Source: Macrostomum lignano
Lineage: Eukaryota
DNA length: 64,000 nucleotides
Direction of reading: 5' to 3'
NCBI GenBank assembly: GCA_002269645.1
Contig: NIVC01001181.1
Location: forward strand, 248,001-312,000
Positions within the stretch are counted from its first letter, which is position 1, and the number at the start of each line of letters is the position of its first letter. The notes below the pieces were generated by a model, which was not told where the DNA came from, did not search any database, and worked only from the letters and a program-made list of their open reading frames with translations. Made by a program: the position numbers and the translations under genes. Shown one piece after another: positions 37,270-49,977 of this stretch.

Positions 37270-37590
37270 ACAACAACAGTGACAACAACAACAACAACAG
37301 AATACGAGTTCAGTGTCACAGGGCGCCCCTCAGGGCCGAATCCAGGGCAGCCGGCGTCAGCCACAGCAGGCATGCAGTCGACGATTAAACGCCAAGTGCG
37401 CGGGCCTTGCCCCGCCAGTAGGGCCAGCAGCACCTCCTGCACCGGCTCTGGGCAGTACGACTCGGCGTGGATGATGTGGCCTGCCAGCTGGAGTCGCCGA
37501 CGGCGCAACAGGTCGCTTGGACGGACCAGGCCGGCGCGGTGATACAAAGCCGCGCGTTGATCACTCGCTCGTAGCCTTGCAGAGGTGCAT
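37270..37590 (-). mobile_element. 3' fragment of a non-LTR retrotransposon (RTE-like LINE) with a (TTG)n tail
   Basis: AALYHRAGLVRPSDLLRRRRLQLAGHIIHAESYCPEPVQEVLL; same family as 47050-47730; ends in tgttgttgttgttgttgtc. Confidence 0.8.
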
Positions 37591-39489
37591 GTACGCTTCG
37601 TATTGCTATACGTGGCCATGTACTTTAAATTTAAAAATGAAAAGAACGGTTATATCGACATATACAAGTCCATGGTGAGCAGCTTGATAACTGTATACTG
37701 TAACATGTACAAGCACTGTCCTGTATTCAGCTGTTACACTTTTTATCACAGTCATTTGGCTAAGATTAGCGTTGTGTATTGCAAAGGCATGCTATGCGAA
37801 GGGATAGTTCGGGGACAGGGTTTCTAGAAACTTCCACAGCAGGACTTGTTTACGCATTGTTCCAGAAGTTTCCTCTCCCGGTCTTTCAAGAACTTTCCTT
37901 CCCCGCGTGCATAAATATACGAGCCGCCCTCCTATTGGCCAAGCCCTCTTTTGGTGCCACTGAGCGCCCGGATAATTATCTATATTGTTTCTGCGTTCGT
38001 TAATTCAACAATTCAACAATTAGGAAAGAAAAAAGATTCGAACGTAAAACCAACAATGATCGAGCCGCGTTGTCACAGTTTTTAGGCATATATGTAGGAC
38101 ATGTACGATTGTACGTAGGATATTAAATAAACTCACAATCCCAATTTTCTAAATGAAAAAGCTATATAAATACCAACTGCATGAGCTATTGATGGGTTTC
38201 GACCTTCGGGCTCCTTGTTAGGGAAGCCTTCGGGCCTCAGGCTCAGAAATAAATCAATTAGAGACCTGGCCCCCCACTCCTGTCAGATGGTCAGCCCCAT
38301 GGTAGCTTGATCGTGTGGCGAGCAGTCTAGGTCCTATAGCTAAGAGAGGGACAGCGAGAGACGAGCAGGGAGAATTTTGAAAGTAGAAATTAGCTAATCC
38401 GCAGATCAACTAACTTGCTGCCACCAGCCCGTGCGCCCTGGCTCACCACACCGGGACTCTCGAAATCGGGCTTCCGACTAGAAGGGGCTTTGCACTTACC
38501 TGCCAACTAGTGTCTTTTTGCTGTCAATCTCGAAGTCATAGCCGATTATAAGGGACACTGCTGGGACTAGATCGCATTGGCCATGCAGGTACAGAGGGGA
38601 CTTGTGCAGGGGATTCTTGCGGTGGCGAGTCTATGGGGTATCTACATGTACTATTACATTGCTAAATACGAAGATATGTACTTTGGGCCTTCAACGCGCC
38701 AACTAGCCTCTCATAGCGCTGATGATAGACTAACTCGAACTTCAGAGACCGCATGATTCATTTACCCGAGCCGCTTGGCTACCCTAGAGTGCACAAAGTA
38801 CATCTCTGGCGCCGATTCTGCACTTCTGGCAGTTTTGCTCACTGATTTGATAGATTGGTCGACTGAGAACTGCCTTGCCATTGGTCCACTGTGACCGGCG
38901 CCTACTAGCTTAGCTACTCATCTGAGCCATCGGCGAACAAAGAAACAAAACCGATAAAAATAACTGTTAGATTTAACCTTCTCCTTAGTTCACTTCACAC
39001 TTCAGACTGAATTGGAGTCTTAGACTACTAGCAGTATTATTGAATGATTCCTGCCTCAGCAACAGCACTACTGAACAAAAAGAGCAAAAGTGTGCGCCTA
39101 ATTCAGCTACTGAAACAGGGGACAGAAAAGGGATCACCCAATCAAGCAAGTCTAGGTAGCCTCTCACCCAACCAATCAGAAGCTCAACAGCCGGAGACCG
39201 CAGCCGGAGGTAATCCACAGTGACCGAATCGGCTCGATGCTCTGCAGCTGTAGACTCGGAATGATGCTGTCACAATGTTCGCTGTTAGCTATAGCAGGTG
39301 ATGCTCTTAACTTGATGTTCGCTGCTGATGACCGGGGGACTCGTCCTTGATGATGATGGGGGGAAGTCGCAATCCGGGGATCAAGAAACGACGGTCAGTT
39401 CCGGGCCGGTGGAGTAGGAACCCGGCCAGAGTCGGAACGGGTTGGGAACCGGTTGGGAACAAGTTGAGGTCCGAGCGGGCCAAAAACAC

Positions 39490-39600
39490 CGGTTTAAATA
39501 GCCGCCAACTGGACCGCAGTTTGTTATAATGGAACACGTCGATTCTGATTGGCTGAGCCGTTTTGTTAAAATGAGCGCCGAATTTTCTGATTGGCTAAGC
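39490..39600 (-). promoter_or_regulatory. Promoter-like module: two CCAAT boxes plus a TATA-like box (minus strand), no associated ORF
   Basis: ttctgATTGGct at 39548-39552 and 39590-39594 (42-bp spacing); minus-strand TATTTAAA at 39493-39500 downstream of them. Confidence 0.4.
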
Positions 39601-40774
39601 TTGTTGCTACCCAGAATCACGTGACCGAGAGATCCTATCAGTTCCCACAGGGTCGTAAAAAGATGACAGGTGCGGCCATAAATCACTCAAAATCGCAACA
39701 AAATGATTTATGACTTTTCGCGTAGGATTGACAGAAATTAATGAAAAAATATACATTAGAAAGCTCTTATTAAATAGAAAGTGAAGATAATGAAGAGAAA
39801 TTGCTCATCGCTAATCCCAAGGTACTTTTAGGGGTAAAACGCATAGCTGTCAAAGCTGTCACACGCTTGAGTGAACACGAACAATAGGCTCTGACCTCAT
39901 AAATCTTGATGGCCTGTCAAAATGATGAGAAAAAAGCTACTGCCCGCATCCTCTCAGACCATCTGGCGCCCGCTTCAACACTGAGTGAGGCGCAGGTGGC
40001 TGTCAGACCAACTTTGAAAGCGATGATTTATGACCCAAAAAGCTGCGCCTATGTTATTATGACTACTAGTATGACCAGACATTACATCTAGTATAGATTC
40101 TATGAAAATTCGCAGAAAAAGGATAAAAATGCCCATTGCCCACTGTTAGTAGGCAAGTAAGTTTAGAGCCCATGTGCTAGCGCGGGATTTGGGAAAAAGT
40201 GCGTCCTCATCACTATTTTTGAAAGTCAAGACTTAAAAAGATGAACATTGGGCCTGCCTCCTACATACATAAATCAAATGCAATAACGATTTTTTTACTC
40301 CTCTACTTGAGTCACTCTACTTGAGTCGTCTTGTATGTAACAAAGCTTGCATGGAACAAAGCTTTTAAAATTCTGTGCTACGTACGTATTGCTTGTCTAA
40401 TTGCAGCGTACCGCACTTGCGAATGGCAGCTTAGTCGATGTCTGTAAAGCACATAGAAATTCCCACAACACAGCTAGTTATCACGCTACGAGGTAAAAAA
40501 CGAATATGCAAGTACATGCTGTATATACGCCCTTCAACAGAAACAACAAAAGCGCAGATGAGAGTTTTTCAAGAAAAAACTGCTATACTCTGAACCATGA
40601 TACGAATAGAGCATCCCAGCGAAGAGCTATAAGCGAGCGAAGTGTACGCTTTTGTGCAAGAGGGTTTGTCGGTCATTCACACAAGCTTACTTTAACGTAT
40701 ATCTGTACATGCAGCTATACGAGTTATAAGCGCCAAGCTTGCTGTAACGTTGATTTAAAAAAACCTAGCAAAAT

Positions 40775-42397
40775 ATGCTTCGACAGATTCTGCCGTCGCA
40801 ACTGACGAGTCTAGCGGACTCCGTTTCTCCCAATCGGACAGCAGCTACAAGAAGGCCATCGCAACTGCCGCGATTCCCGCCGCTCTCGGGGCCTACGTCC
40901 TCTACTACTGGCGACAAGGACGCGACCTCCCTCCCGGTCCTGTAGGCCTGCCTCTCATTGGCCGTCTGCCATGGACCGATCCGAAGAACTTGCACCTCAC
41001 GATGCAGAAAGTGGCAGAGAAGTACGGCGACATTACTTCGTTCTACCTTGGCTCGCGCCTGCTCATTGTGCTCAACTCGTACCAGATGATGAAGGAGATG
41101 CTGGTAGACTACAACTTTGCTGGTAGACCGAGACTGCGTCTGTTCTTACAGCTGACCCGCGACTGCGGCATCATCTTCACGGAAGTCTGCGAACTCTGCG
41201 AGACTTCGGCTTTGCTAGAGCGGAAACTGTCGAGATGGTCGACGATCGACTGGACTCCATCTTCCAGACGCTTGATGAGGCCGCGACGTCGGTCACACCG
41301 ATGGAGGTGCTCGGCACTTTCATTCTCGCCTCCAACTCGATCATCACTGAGATGACACTCGGTCACCGATTTGAGCGAAACGATCCCGAGTTCTTGAAAG
41401 TCAATGCATTGATGAAAAAACTACCTGACGACGGCATAACCGAATCAGCAAGTGTCTCGTTTCCGATCATTGACAGATTGAGTGAGCTGTTTGGTCTATC
41501 AAGCAGCGTTGTTCAGAATCTAGAGTACCTGCACTCGTTCATACGGAAAGGGATCCAACAGCGTGAGAAGATAATGGTGGATGAAAGTACGGAACCCGAG
41601 TGTCTCTACGATGTATATATCCAGGTAAAAACTCGAATTCAGACAGGAGCACAAAAACACAAATTATTTTTTAACAGCTGAAACTTTAACGATTTGATTG
41701 CCACCATGACTACTTATTAGGAAAAGCGCAAGTCTGAGAAGGCTGGCGACTTTGAGACGTTCAAGGATTTCCAGCTCATTCGAGTGTGCTTCGAGTTCTA
41801 CCTGGCCGGCACTGACACGACCGCCCGATCGATGGAGTGGCTGCTGCTCTACATGGCCTTCTATCCGGAGGTGCAGGACCGAGTCCAGAACGAGCTCGAC
41901 TCCGTAATCGGTCAGTCGAGACGTCCACGGATGCAGGACAGGACAGAACTGCACTACACCAGCGCTGTCATCGACGAGACCTACAGAAAAGCTTCGCTGG
42001 CTGCCATCGGAGTTTTCCATCGCTCAGTGGAAGACGCAACCTTCCACGGCTACCGGATCCCAAGCGATACGATCATCATTCCGAACGTGTACGGCGTCCA
42101 CCACCGAGCCGAGTACTGGGAGAGACCGAACGAGTTCTACCCTGAGCACTTTCTCGACAACAAAGGTCGCTACCGGAGCAGTCCGTACCTCATCCCGTTC
42201 CTGATTGGTCGGCGCTCTTGCGTTGGCGAGTCTCTGGCGTGAATGGAGATTTTCCTGTTCTTCACGGCCATCATGCAGCGGTACCGGGTGCGGCCGGAGC
42301 TGGAAAGTGCGGCAAGAAGAAGGACGACATTCCGTCTGGTCGTCTTGGAATTTTGCGGATGCCGGGGCGATACCAGTTGATTATGAGCCGTCGATAG
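40775..42397 (+). pseudogene. Cytochrome P450 pseudogene (CYP-A), clan 2/CYP2-like
   Basis: Exons 40775-41624 and 41721-42397. Four lesions relative to paralogue B: 1-nt deletion at ~40824 (ccgtttctcc vs ccgttttctcc); 31-nt deletion at ~41183 removing the WxxxR helix-C motif; CGA>TGA stop at 42240-42242 just after the heme Cys (CVGESLA*); frameshift near 42315. Confidence 0.9.
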
Positions 42398-43362
42398 ACC
42401 TTGATTGATATTTTTAGAACAAAAGTAGCTTCTGTTGTTTTCATTTGGCCCTGCACATGATAAAAATTACATTTTTACCCAGAAGTTGCTTAATTATAAT
42501 CGTTCTTAATATCTCCAAGATATTCCAGTCCTTATATGTATGGTACGTGCACCTGCAAAGCGCTTAGCGAGTGGTTCGCTCAGTTGGAATAGTAGCTGAA
42601 TAGCAACTAGCTATACTGTAACACCTATTACTTGATTTACCCTTATCGTTCTAGCGTCTGTCTGCTTTGTGGCCTCGTTGAGTTGTTTTTGGTCTTGTGA
42701 TAATCGTGGTCTAAAATTAGCCAAAAGTTCTGAGTAAAACTTTTCATAAGTAACTACGGCTATCAAAAGTTACTTCGAATCGAAATCGTTTAATTACACC
42801 ACTTCCTGTATGCTATTTTAACGTCCAAGAATGGCACATGTTTATAAAACCGATCAGTGAAACCCGTCAGCAGTTTTTACGAGTGCATAGGCAAAATATT
42901 CTATGCTTCTATCTACTCCGAGCATATGCGCTTATCAGCTACAAAAATATAAAATGCATCACTCGTGAAGTCACTTGTTATTAGTGTAACAATAACAATA
43001 ATTAATAGGTACCAAATTTTAAAGACAAAAAAGTTTACTCTACTTTTTTTTAACACTCGTATTTATTTTATTTCACAAAAAGATGTAAACTGTGATATGA
43101 CTGGCTAAGATTCTAAGAACATATTCAAATACTGCGATAGCTACAATAAAAAAACTGCTTTCTGGAAAAAGTAGTCTTGAAAAAAAGAATATAGTGTTCA
43201 GTGAAATTTTTCCACTGTGAGAAATAACAACGTAAATTCAATCCAATGTGCTAAGTGTAGCTAAAATTGATGTTTCAAACTGGTCTCGTCACGTCAGATT
43301 TTAAATTGAAAACAATGGATATGTACGCACAGTTCAGAACCAGAACCTGGCGATCAGGAGAC

Positions 43363-44993
43363 CTAACGGCGGTCGAAAATCAGACGGTATTCCCCTGGAA
43401 TACGCAAAGATCCCATCCAACCAGATAGGATGTCATCCTTCTTTGCCGCACTCTCCGGGGCCGGCCGCACCCGGTACCTCTGCATGATGGCCGTGAAGAA
43501 CAGGACAATCTCCATTCGCGCCAGAGACTCGCCAACGCAAGAACGCCGACCAATCAGGAACGGGATGAGGTACGGACTGCTCCGGTAGCGACCTTCGTCG
43601 TCGAGAAAGTGCTCAGGGTAGAACTCGTTCGGTCTCTCCCAGTACTCGGCTCGGTGGTGGACGCCGTACACGTTCGGAATGATGAAAGCATCCGATGGGA
43701 TCCGGTAGCCGTGGAAATGGGTTTCCTCAACGGCTCGGTGGAACACTCCGATGGCAGCCAGCGAGGCCTTTCTGTAGGTCTCGTCGATGACAGCGCTGGT
43801 GTAGTGCAGTTCTGTCCTGTCCTGCATCCGTGGACGCCTCGACTGACCGATTACGGAGTCGAGCTCGTTCTGGACTCGGTTCTGCACCACCGGATAGAAG
43901 GCCATGTAGAGCAGCAGCCATTCTATCGATCGGGCGGTCGTGTCAGTGCCGGCCAGGAAGAACTCAAGGATTACGCGTATGAGCTGGAACTCCTTGAACG
44001 TCTCAAAGTTGCCAGCCTTCTCAGCCTTGCGCTTTTCCTGTGAGAAAGTTAATCAAAGATATTGCTGTTATTTATACGACTATAGAAATAGTAAAGCCTA
44101 AATTCACTCACGTGGATGTAGACATCGCATAGACATTCCGGTTCTGTGCTTTCGTCGACCATCACCTTCTCACGCTGTTGGATCTCTTTCCGTATGAACG
44201 AGTGCAGATATTCAACATCGTGAACGACGCTGCTTGATAGCGGGAACAGTACGATGAATCGTTCAACAGCTGGGAACAAAGCGCTTGCCGTTTGAACAAT
44301 GCCCTCTTCAAGTAGTTTCTTGATGAGCTTGTTGACCTTCTGAAACTCGGGATCGTTTCGCTCAAATCGGTGACCGAGTGTCATCTCAGTGATGATCGAG
44401 TTCGAGGCGAGAATGAAAGTGCCGAGCACCTCCATCGGTGTGACCGACGTCGCCGCCTCATCAAGCGTCTGGAAGATGGAGTCCAGTTGATCGTCGACCA
44501 TCTCGACAGTTTCCGCTCTAGCAAAGCCGAAGTCTCGCAGAGTTCGCAGACTCAATCGACGATGCTGGCTCCACATGTATCCCTCCGTGAAGATGATGCC
44601 GCAGTCGCGGGTCAGTTTTAAGAACAGACGCAGTCTCGGTCTACCAGCAAAGTTGTAGTCGTCCAGCATCTCCTTCATCATCGGGTAAGAGTTGAGCACA
44701 ATGAACAGGCGCGAGCCAAGGTAGAACGAAGTAATGTCGCCGTACTTCTCTGCCACTTTCTGCATCGTGAGGTGCAAGTTCTTCGGATCGGTCCATGGCA
44801 GACGGCCAATGAGAGGCAGGCCTACAGGACCGGGAGGGAGGTCGCGTCCTTGTCGCCAGTAGTAGAGGACGTAGGCCCCGAGAGCGGCGGGTATCGCGGC
44901 AGTTGCGATGGCCTTCTTGTAGTTGCCGTCCGATTGGGAGAAAACGGAGTCCGCTAGACTCACCAGTTGCGACGGCAGAATCTGGCGAAGCAT
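43363..44993 (-). CDS. Cytochrome P450 (CYP-B), clan 2/CYP2-like, intact, 518 aa
   Basis: Exons 44112-44993 and 43363-44037; 74-nt phase-0 intron. PPGP hinge, WSQHRRLSLRTLRDFGF, AGTDTT (I helix), ETYR (ExxR), PEHF, FLIGRRSCVG heme motif. Confidence 0.95.
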
Positions 44994-45419
44994 TTTTGTT
45001 TACTTCTTCGCTAGTAAGCATAACACTCCTTCAGGCTTAGGGCTCACAGAAGGGTTTTCTGTTTTGCGAAAGCTCTTTAGCTAGTGTGTAAATGCTTTTC
45101 TTATCAGTTACCCCCATGCTGTTGGGCAGGCGTATACTTTGAGTACATTCTCCTTGTACGGTTAGGGCAGAGTGTACACTGTGACCGGTGTACACCCTAG
45201 TTAATTTTGAACACACAGGCTAGTAGCTCGTACAAGAGGGCTTTGCAGAGTGTGAGGGTAAGGAATGAAAAGAGGATGGCAGGAGGTACGGTTTGCTGGA
45301 TTGTTTAGCGTACGTTATTAATTCCAATGGAAAATACCCAGGCCATGGCTGCAGCTATTTAATTATTTTGACAAAAATCAAGCCCGAGCAAAAAACACCT
45401 ACACTGCATTGTCGTTTAC

Positions 45420-45990
45420 AGAAAGCCGAAAGAGATGCAAGATGAGAACAAAAAAGTCTTTGCAGAACAGTAGCAAGCAAAAAATAGAAGTGGCTCATAT
45501 TTATATGCAAATGCAATATTGCCCTCACCTACAGTTGCATCAAGGCAAGTTAACGCTGCCGCAAGCAACTCCGAAGGTCAAAGATTACTCAAACCAATTT
45601 ACAGGTGGTTCAGACCGATTGTAAACTGGAATAGAGTTAGCTCAATTTAGTTTTGATTTTTTATTTTTCTTCTCAATAATAACTTGCTAGACTTTATGTT
45701 CAACTGTGCAATCGTTAACTGTAGAAGTTTTGAAAAGGTGGGCAAGATAAGCGTGGACATTGCGCAATCTCCTTTTATGCTCTGGTTCAATATACTTAAT
45801 CTGCTACAAAGGATCTGGCTAAAAACAAGGTTGTCTATAGACTACTTTTGGAGAATTGGATTTGCTAAAAAGCCATCACATCGCAACCTATCAAATCATC
45901 AACTGCTTTCTTCACAGTTTCTTGTAACTCTTGACAAAAGAAAGACCAAATGGTTTTATCCAAATAATGTCTTTTTCAAACCCTCAGCAT
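45420..45990 (+). mobile_element. Degenerate piggyBac-like transposase remnant
   Basis: Broken frames give PKVKDYSNQFTGGSDRL (cf. DYN..MGGVD..D), LLDFMFNCAIVN (cf. F.LLD.AIVNA) and DKRKTKWFYPNNVF (cf. the C-terminal Cys-rich region), in the expected order. No TIRs identified. Confidence 0.5.
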
Positions 45991-46061
45991 CTTCTTAAAG
46001 GTCAGAAATCTTTTTAGGGAATAGATGTTCCATGCTAACTGTTTCCTTATTCTGCCTGCAA

Positions 46062-46372
<311 letters not shown>

Positions 46373-47049
46373 CTCGTGGTGTTGTGCCTTCTCATTAGTG
46401 CACTCATTAGTTCGCGAATCTTTCCAATCAGAAACTGAAGCCTGTTTAAAAGATAAGAAACTGCCTATACCGTTCAGTGTCTATAAGATTTGGAGGTTAC
46501 GCGCAAATGCGTCATATGCAGCATTAAAGATGGCTAAGCTGGCTTCAGCACAAACTATTTTTAGACACCCTTTCAACGCAGCTTTATCGCACAGAATGAG
46601 CCCAGAATGAGCTCGCTCTTCAAGCTTGGAATAATAGCGAATGCAGACTGCAGAGGCAGATTTAGACTCACAGGGCCATACAGCAGGGTATGAGTTTCAG
46701 GGCTAAATTAAAATGCGCATAACCGGTTGCAGATAAAATGCACTATAACAATTAACCTTAGCCTGAGATGCCCTCTACTGTTCGATTCGCGTAATGGGTT
46801 GGAATAGTGAAACAAATTGCTTAGTCTTAGCTGTAGAACTGCTTTACTGTAGGTATACTGACGCACAGGGTTGCTTGGCATCATGGACAACTAAATTAGA
46901 AGATCGTTCGGCGGGGTGGAGGCCAGGTTGGGGCAGAGGCCACTCGGACAGTAAATTTATTTGGCCTTTGCGCATAAAAATTGGTCAGGTGGTTGCTGTG
47001 CGATTCAGAAAGCTACTGTACACCCTGTGTGAGCGTGGGAGCTGGACAA

Positions 47050-47730
47050 GCCAGTTGCTGTTGCGGCGAGTGTCGGCCTGGTGGTCAACACTCAGAAGAC
47101 CGTCGTGCTCTGCGTGGCGGACGACATCGAGGCTGCGATTTTGTGCCGAGGCGCTAATGGACAGGCGACAGAGCTTCCGCGTTGTCAGCAGTTCGTCTAC
47201 CTCGGCGGTCTGGTTCCCGGCGTCCGCGAGGATTTGCGGCGTCGCCGCGGGCTTGCCTGGGCTGCCTTTCGTTCTGTGAGGGCAGTCCTGCAGTCCGAGG
47301 CCTTACCTGACCGCCAAGAGGGCGGCGTTGTTCCAGGCGTTGATCGAGACCGTCCTGCTGTACAAAGCCGAGACCTTGACGCTGACGGAGTCGCTCGAGC
47401 AACAAGTTGACGCGGCGCCTTCAAGATCGGCTACGAGCGAGTGACCAACGCGGCTTTGTATTGCCGCGACGGCCTAGTCCGTCCAAGCGACCTGTTGCGC
47501 CGACGGCGACTCCAGCTGGCAGGCCACATCATCCGCGCCAAAGTCGTACTGCGCACAGCCGGTGCAGGAGGTGCTGCTGCTAACGCATATCGCATAGGCA
47601 GGCCCGAACTCATCGACTGCAGCCTGCTGGCTGACGCCGGCGCCCCGGATTCGGCTGGCGGAGTGGCGTTCATTCGCGACCCGGCCCTGAGGCGCGCCCT
47701 GTGACGCTGAACGCGTATTTTGTTGTTGTG
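47050..47730 (+). mobile_element. 5'-truncated, frameshifted non-LTR retrotransposon (RTE-like LINE): RT C-terminus/thumb
   Basis: VGLVVNTQKT...FVYLGG...RRRRGLAWAAF...LFQALIETVLLYKAETLTLT...LLRRRRLQLAGHIIRA, ending in a ttgttgttg tail. Confidence 0.85.
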
Positions 47731-48320
47731 AGCGTGTGTAGTGCATGAGTGCGTGCCTGCATACAGTATCGGCGCCCTTGTTTGTGCTCAGGAGTCACCG
47801 GGGAATGAGCAGAATTGCCTCAGAGCTGCCGAAGGCCGCGCCAGAATGATAGCAATTTTCAGGGTTTCCTTCTAGATTCTTATATTTCTAAAAAGCAAGT
47901 CCCTGCAAGAAATCTTTAAGAGAACACAACTGATAAATAGTGCTTTGCAGGTTCTAAAATTCGTAGCCAGACCTGTGTTGTCTCATAACTTCAACTCTGA
48001 GTGAGTTGAGTAACACAAAATGACGAAACTCTTCTCTAGTCGCTGAGCGCTTACCTGCGTAGAGAACCGAGAAGGTTGTCTAGCAAAGCTGCGATAGAAA
48101 AAGAGACTTGAAAACCTGTTTTAGGTGGGCAGAAGTACAATGCAGCTAATTTTAGATTTACCCTCTAAAAGTTTTAGAGGGCTACAACTGGAAGAAGCTC
48201 GGACAATCGAAAAAAGAAGAATGGAAAATAACCTGGGTTGCGCGAGCATAAAAGGGGCTGAATTATGCTACTAGCATTCAGTTTCTATATAGCTGCTCTT
48301 TGCACAAGCCACAAGCCAAA

Positions 48321-49977
48321 ATGGCGTCACTAAGCGGGCTTCTGCCAGGCCCATTGTCTACTAGATCGCTATTGACGAGCTTGTTGAACCTTGAGAATGA
48401 CAAAAAATGGCTTTTTCTGACAGCTGTTCCTGCAGCCGCCGCTGCTGGGGCCTATCTATTGAACCGCTGGGTTCGAAACCGCGACCTCCCCCCTGGCCCC
48501 GTCGGTGTCCCAGTGCTCGGCCGAGTGCCTTGGTCTGACATGGACAACATCCACCTGACTATGGCGAAGGAGTGCGAAAGATACGGCGACATCTGTTCGT
48601 TTTACCTTGGCTCGCGACTATTCGTCATCGTGAACTCCTACCCGCTTATGAAGGAGATGCTGGACGACCAAACGTTCGCCGGACGACCGCAGATGTCATT
48701 TATGCGACGAGTTACGCGCGACTGTGGAATCCTCATCAAAGAAGGCGAGCAGTGGAGCCGGCACCGTCGGTTGAGTCTCAAATCGCTTCGCGACTCCGGC
48801 TTCGCGCGCCTGAAAACGATCGATATGATCGACGACCAGCTGGACATCATCTTCGAGTGCTTCGACAGATTTTCCTCGTCTTGCGCGGGCTAAAGTGGTG
48901 AATAGCTTTCTGCTGGCTTCGAACTCTGTCATCACCGAGATGACGCTCGGCAAAAGGTTTGATAGGAATGATCCGCACTTTCAAAAGGTGAACTCCAACA
49001 TCAACGACCTGATTCAACTTCGCCTGTTTCAAAGTGCCCCATTTCTATACAAAGCGGTTGAACTGCTCGTCTCCGTGCTGCCAATGACCGATGCGAGAAT
49101 TGTCAAAGCAGATTTCGTGCACAACTTCATCCAAGAGGAAGTCCGGAAACGCCAGAAGATCATGGAGACGGAGGGAGCTCAACCGCGATGCCTGTGCGAT
49201 ACGTACCTGCTAGTAAGCTATGACATATAAATTATTAGAATTAAAGTCCAGCAGAATTCTATAATTGAGGCAACTTCAAAAAAACTTTCTAATCGCTTCC
49301 AGGAGAAACGAAAAGCCGAGAAGGCTGGCGACTTTGAGACGTTCAAGGAGTTTCAGATCGTTCGAGTGTGCTTCGAGTTCTTCCTGGCCGGCACTGACAC
49401 GACCGCCCGATCGATGGAGTGGCTGCTGCTCTACATGGCCTTCTATCCGGAGGTGCAGGACCGAGTCCAGAACGAGCTCGACTCCGTAATCGGTCAGTCG
49501 AGACGTCCACGGATGCAGGACAGGACAGAACTGCACTACACCAGCGCTGTCATCGACGAGACCTACAGAAAAGCCTCGCTGGTAGCCTGTGGTCTGTTCC
49601 ACAGAGCCGTTGAGGAAACCCATTTCCACGGCTACCGGATCCCCAGCGATGCTGTGATCCTTCCGCGGGTGTACGGCGTCCACCACCGAGCCGAGTACTG
49701 GGAGAGACCGAACGAGTTCTATCCCGAGCACTTCCTCGACAACGAAGGTCGCTACCGGAGCAGTCCGTACCTCATCCCATTCCTGATTGGTCGGCGCGCC
49801 TGCCCGGGCGAGTCTCTGGCGCGAATGGAGATTTTCCTGTTCTTCACGGCCATCATGCAGCGGTACCGGGTGCGGCCGGAGCCGGAGTGCGCGGCCCGCA
49901 GAGAGGAGATCCTCACCGGTCAGCTCGGAGCGGTGAGAATTCCTGGTGAAAATCGACTCATATTAAGTCGTCGGTAA
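48321..49977 (+). pseudogene. Cytochrome P450 (CYP-C) with a single apparent 2-nt deletion frameshift at ~48887 (young pseudogene or sequence error)
   Basis: Exons 48321-49212 and 49303-49977. The frame breaks between ...FDRFSSSCA and KVVNSFLLASN. All catalytic motifs are otherwise present (AGTDTT, ETYR, FLIGRRACPG). Confidence 0.7.

Noticed and set aside
38217-39276. Solo LTR bounded by TGTTAGGG...TGTCACA
   Set aside because: No matching target-site duplication, PBS or PPT was found, so the boundaries are unsupported.
40300-40330. Tandem CTCTACTTGAGTC duplication with an AP-1-like TGAGTCA upstream of CYP-A; ATGCAAAT octamers at ~57053-57072
   Set aside because: Short motifs expected by chance or by local slippage; no supporting evidence of function.
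42560-42610. tRNA-like TCGCTCAGTTGG motif
   Set aside because: No cloverleaf, T-arm (GTTCRA) or acceptor stem could be built.
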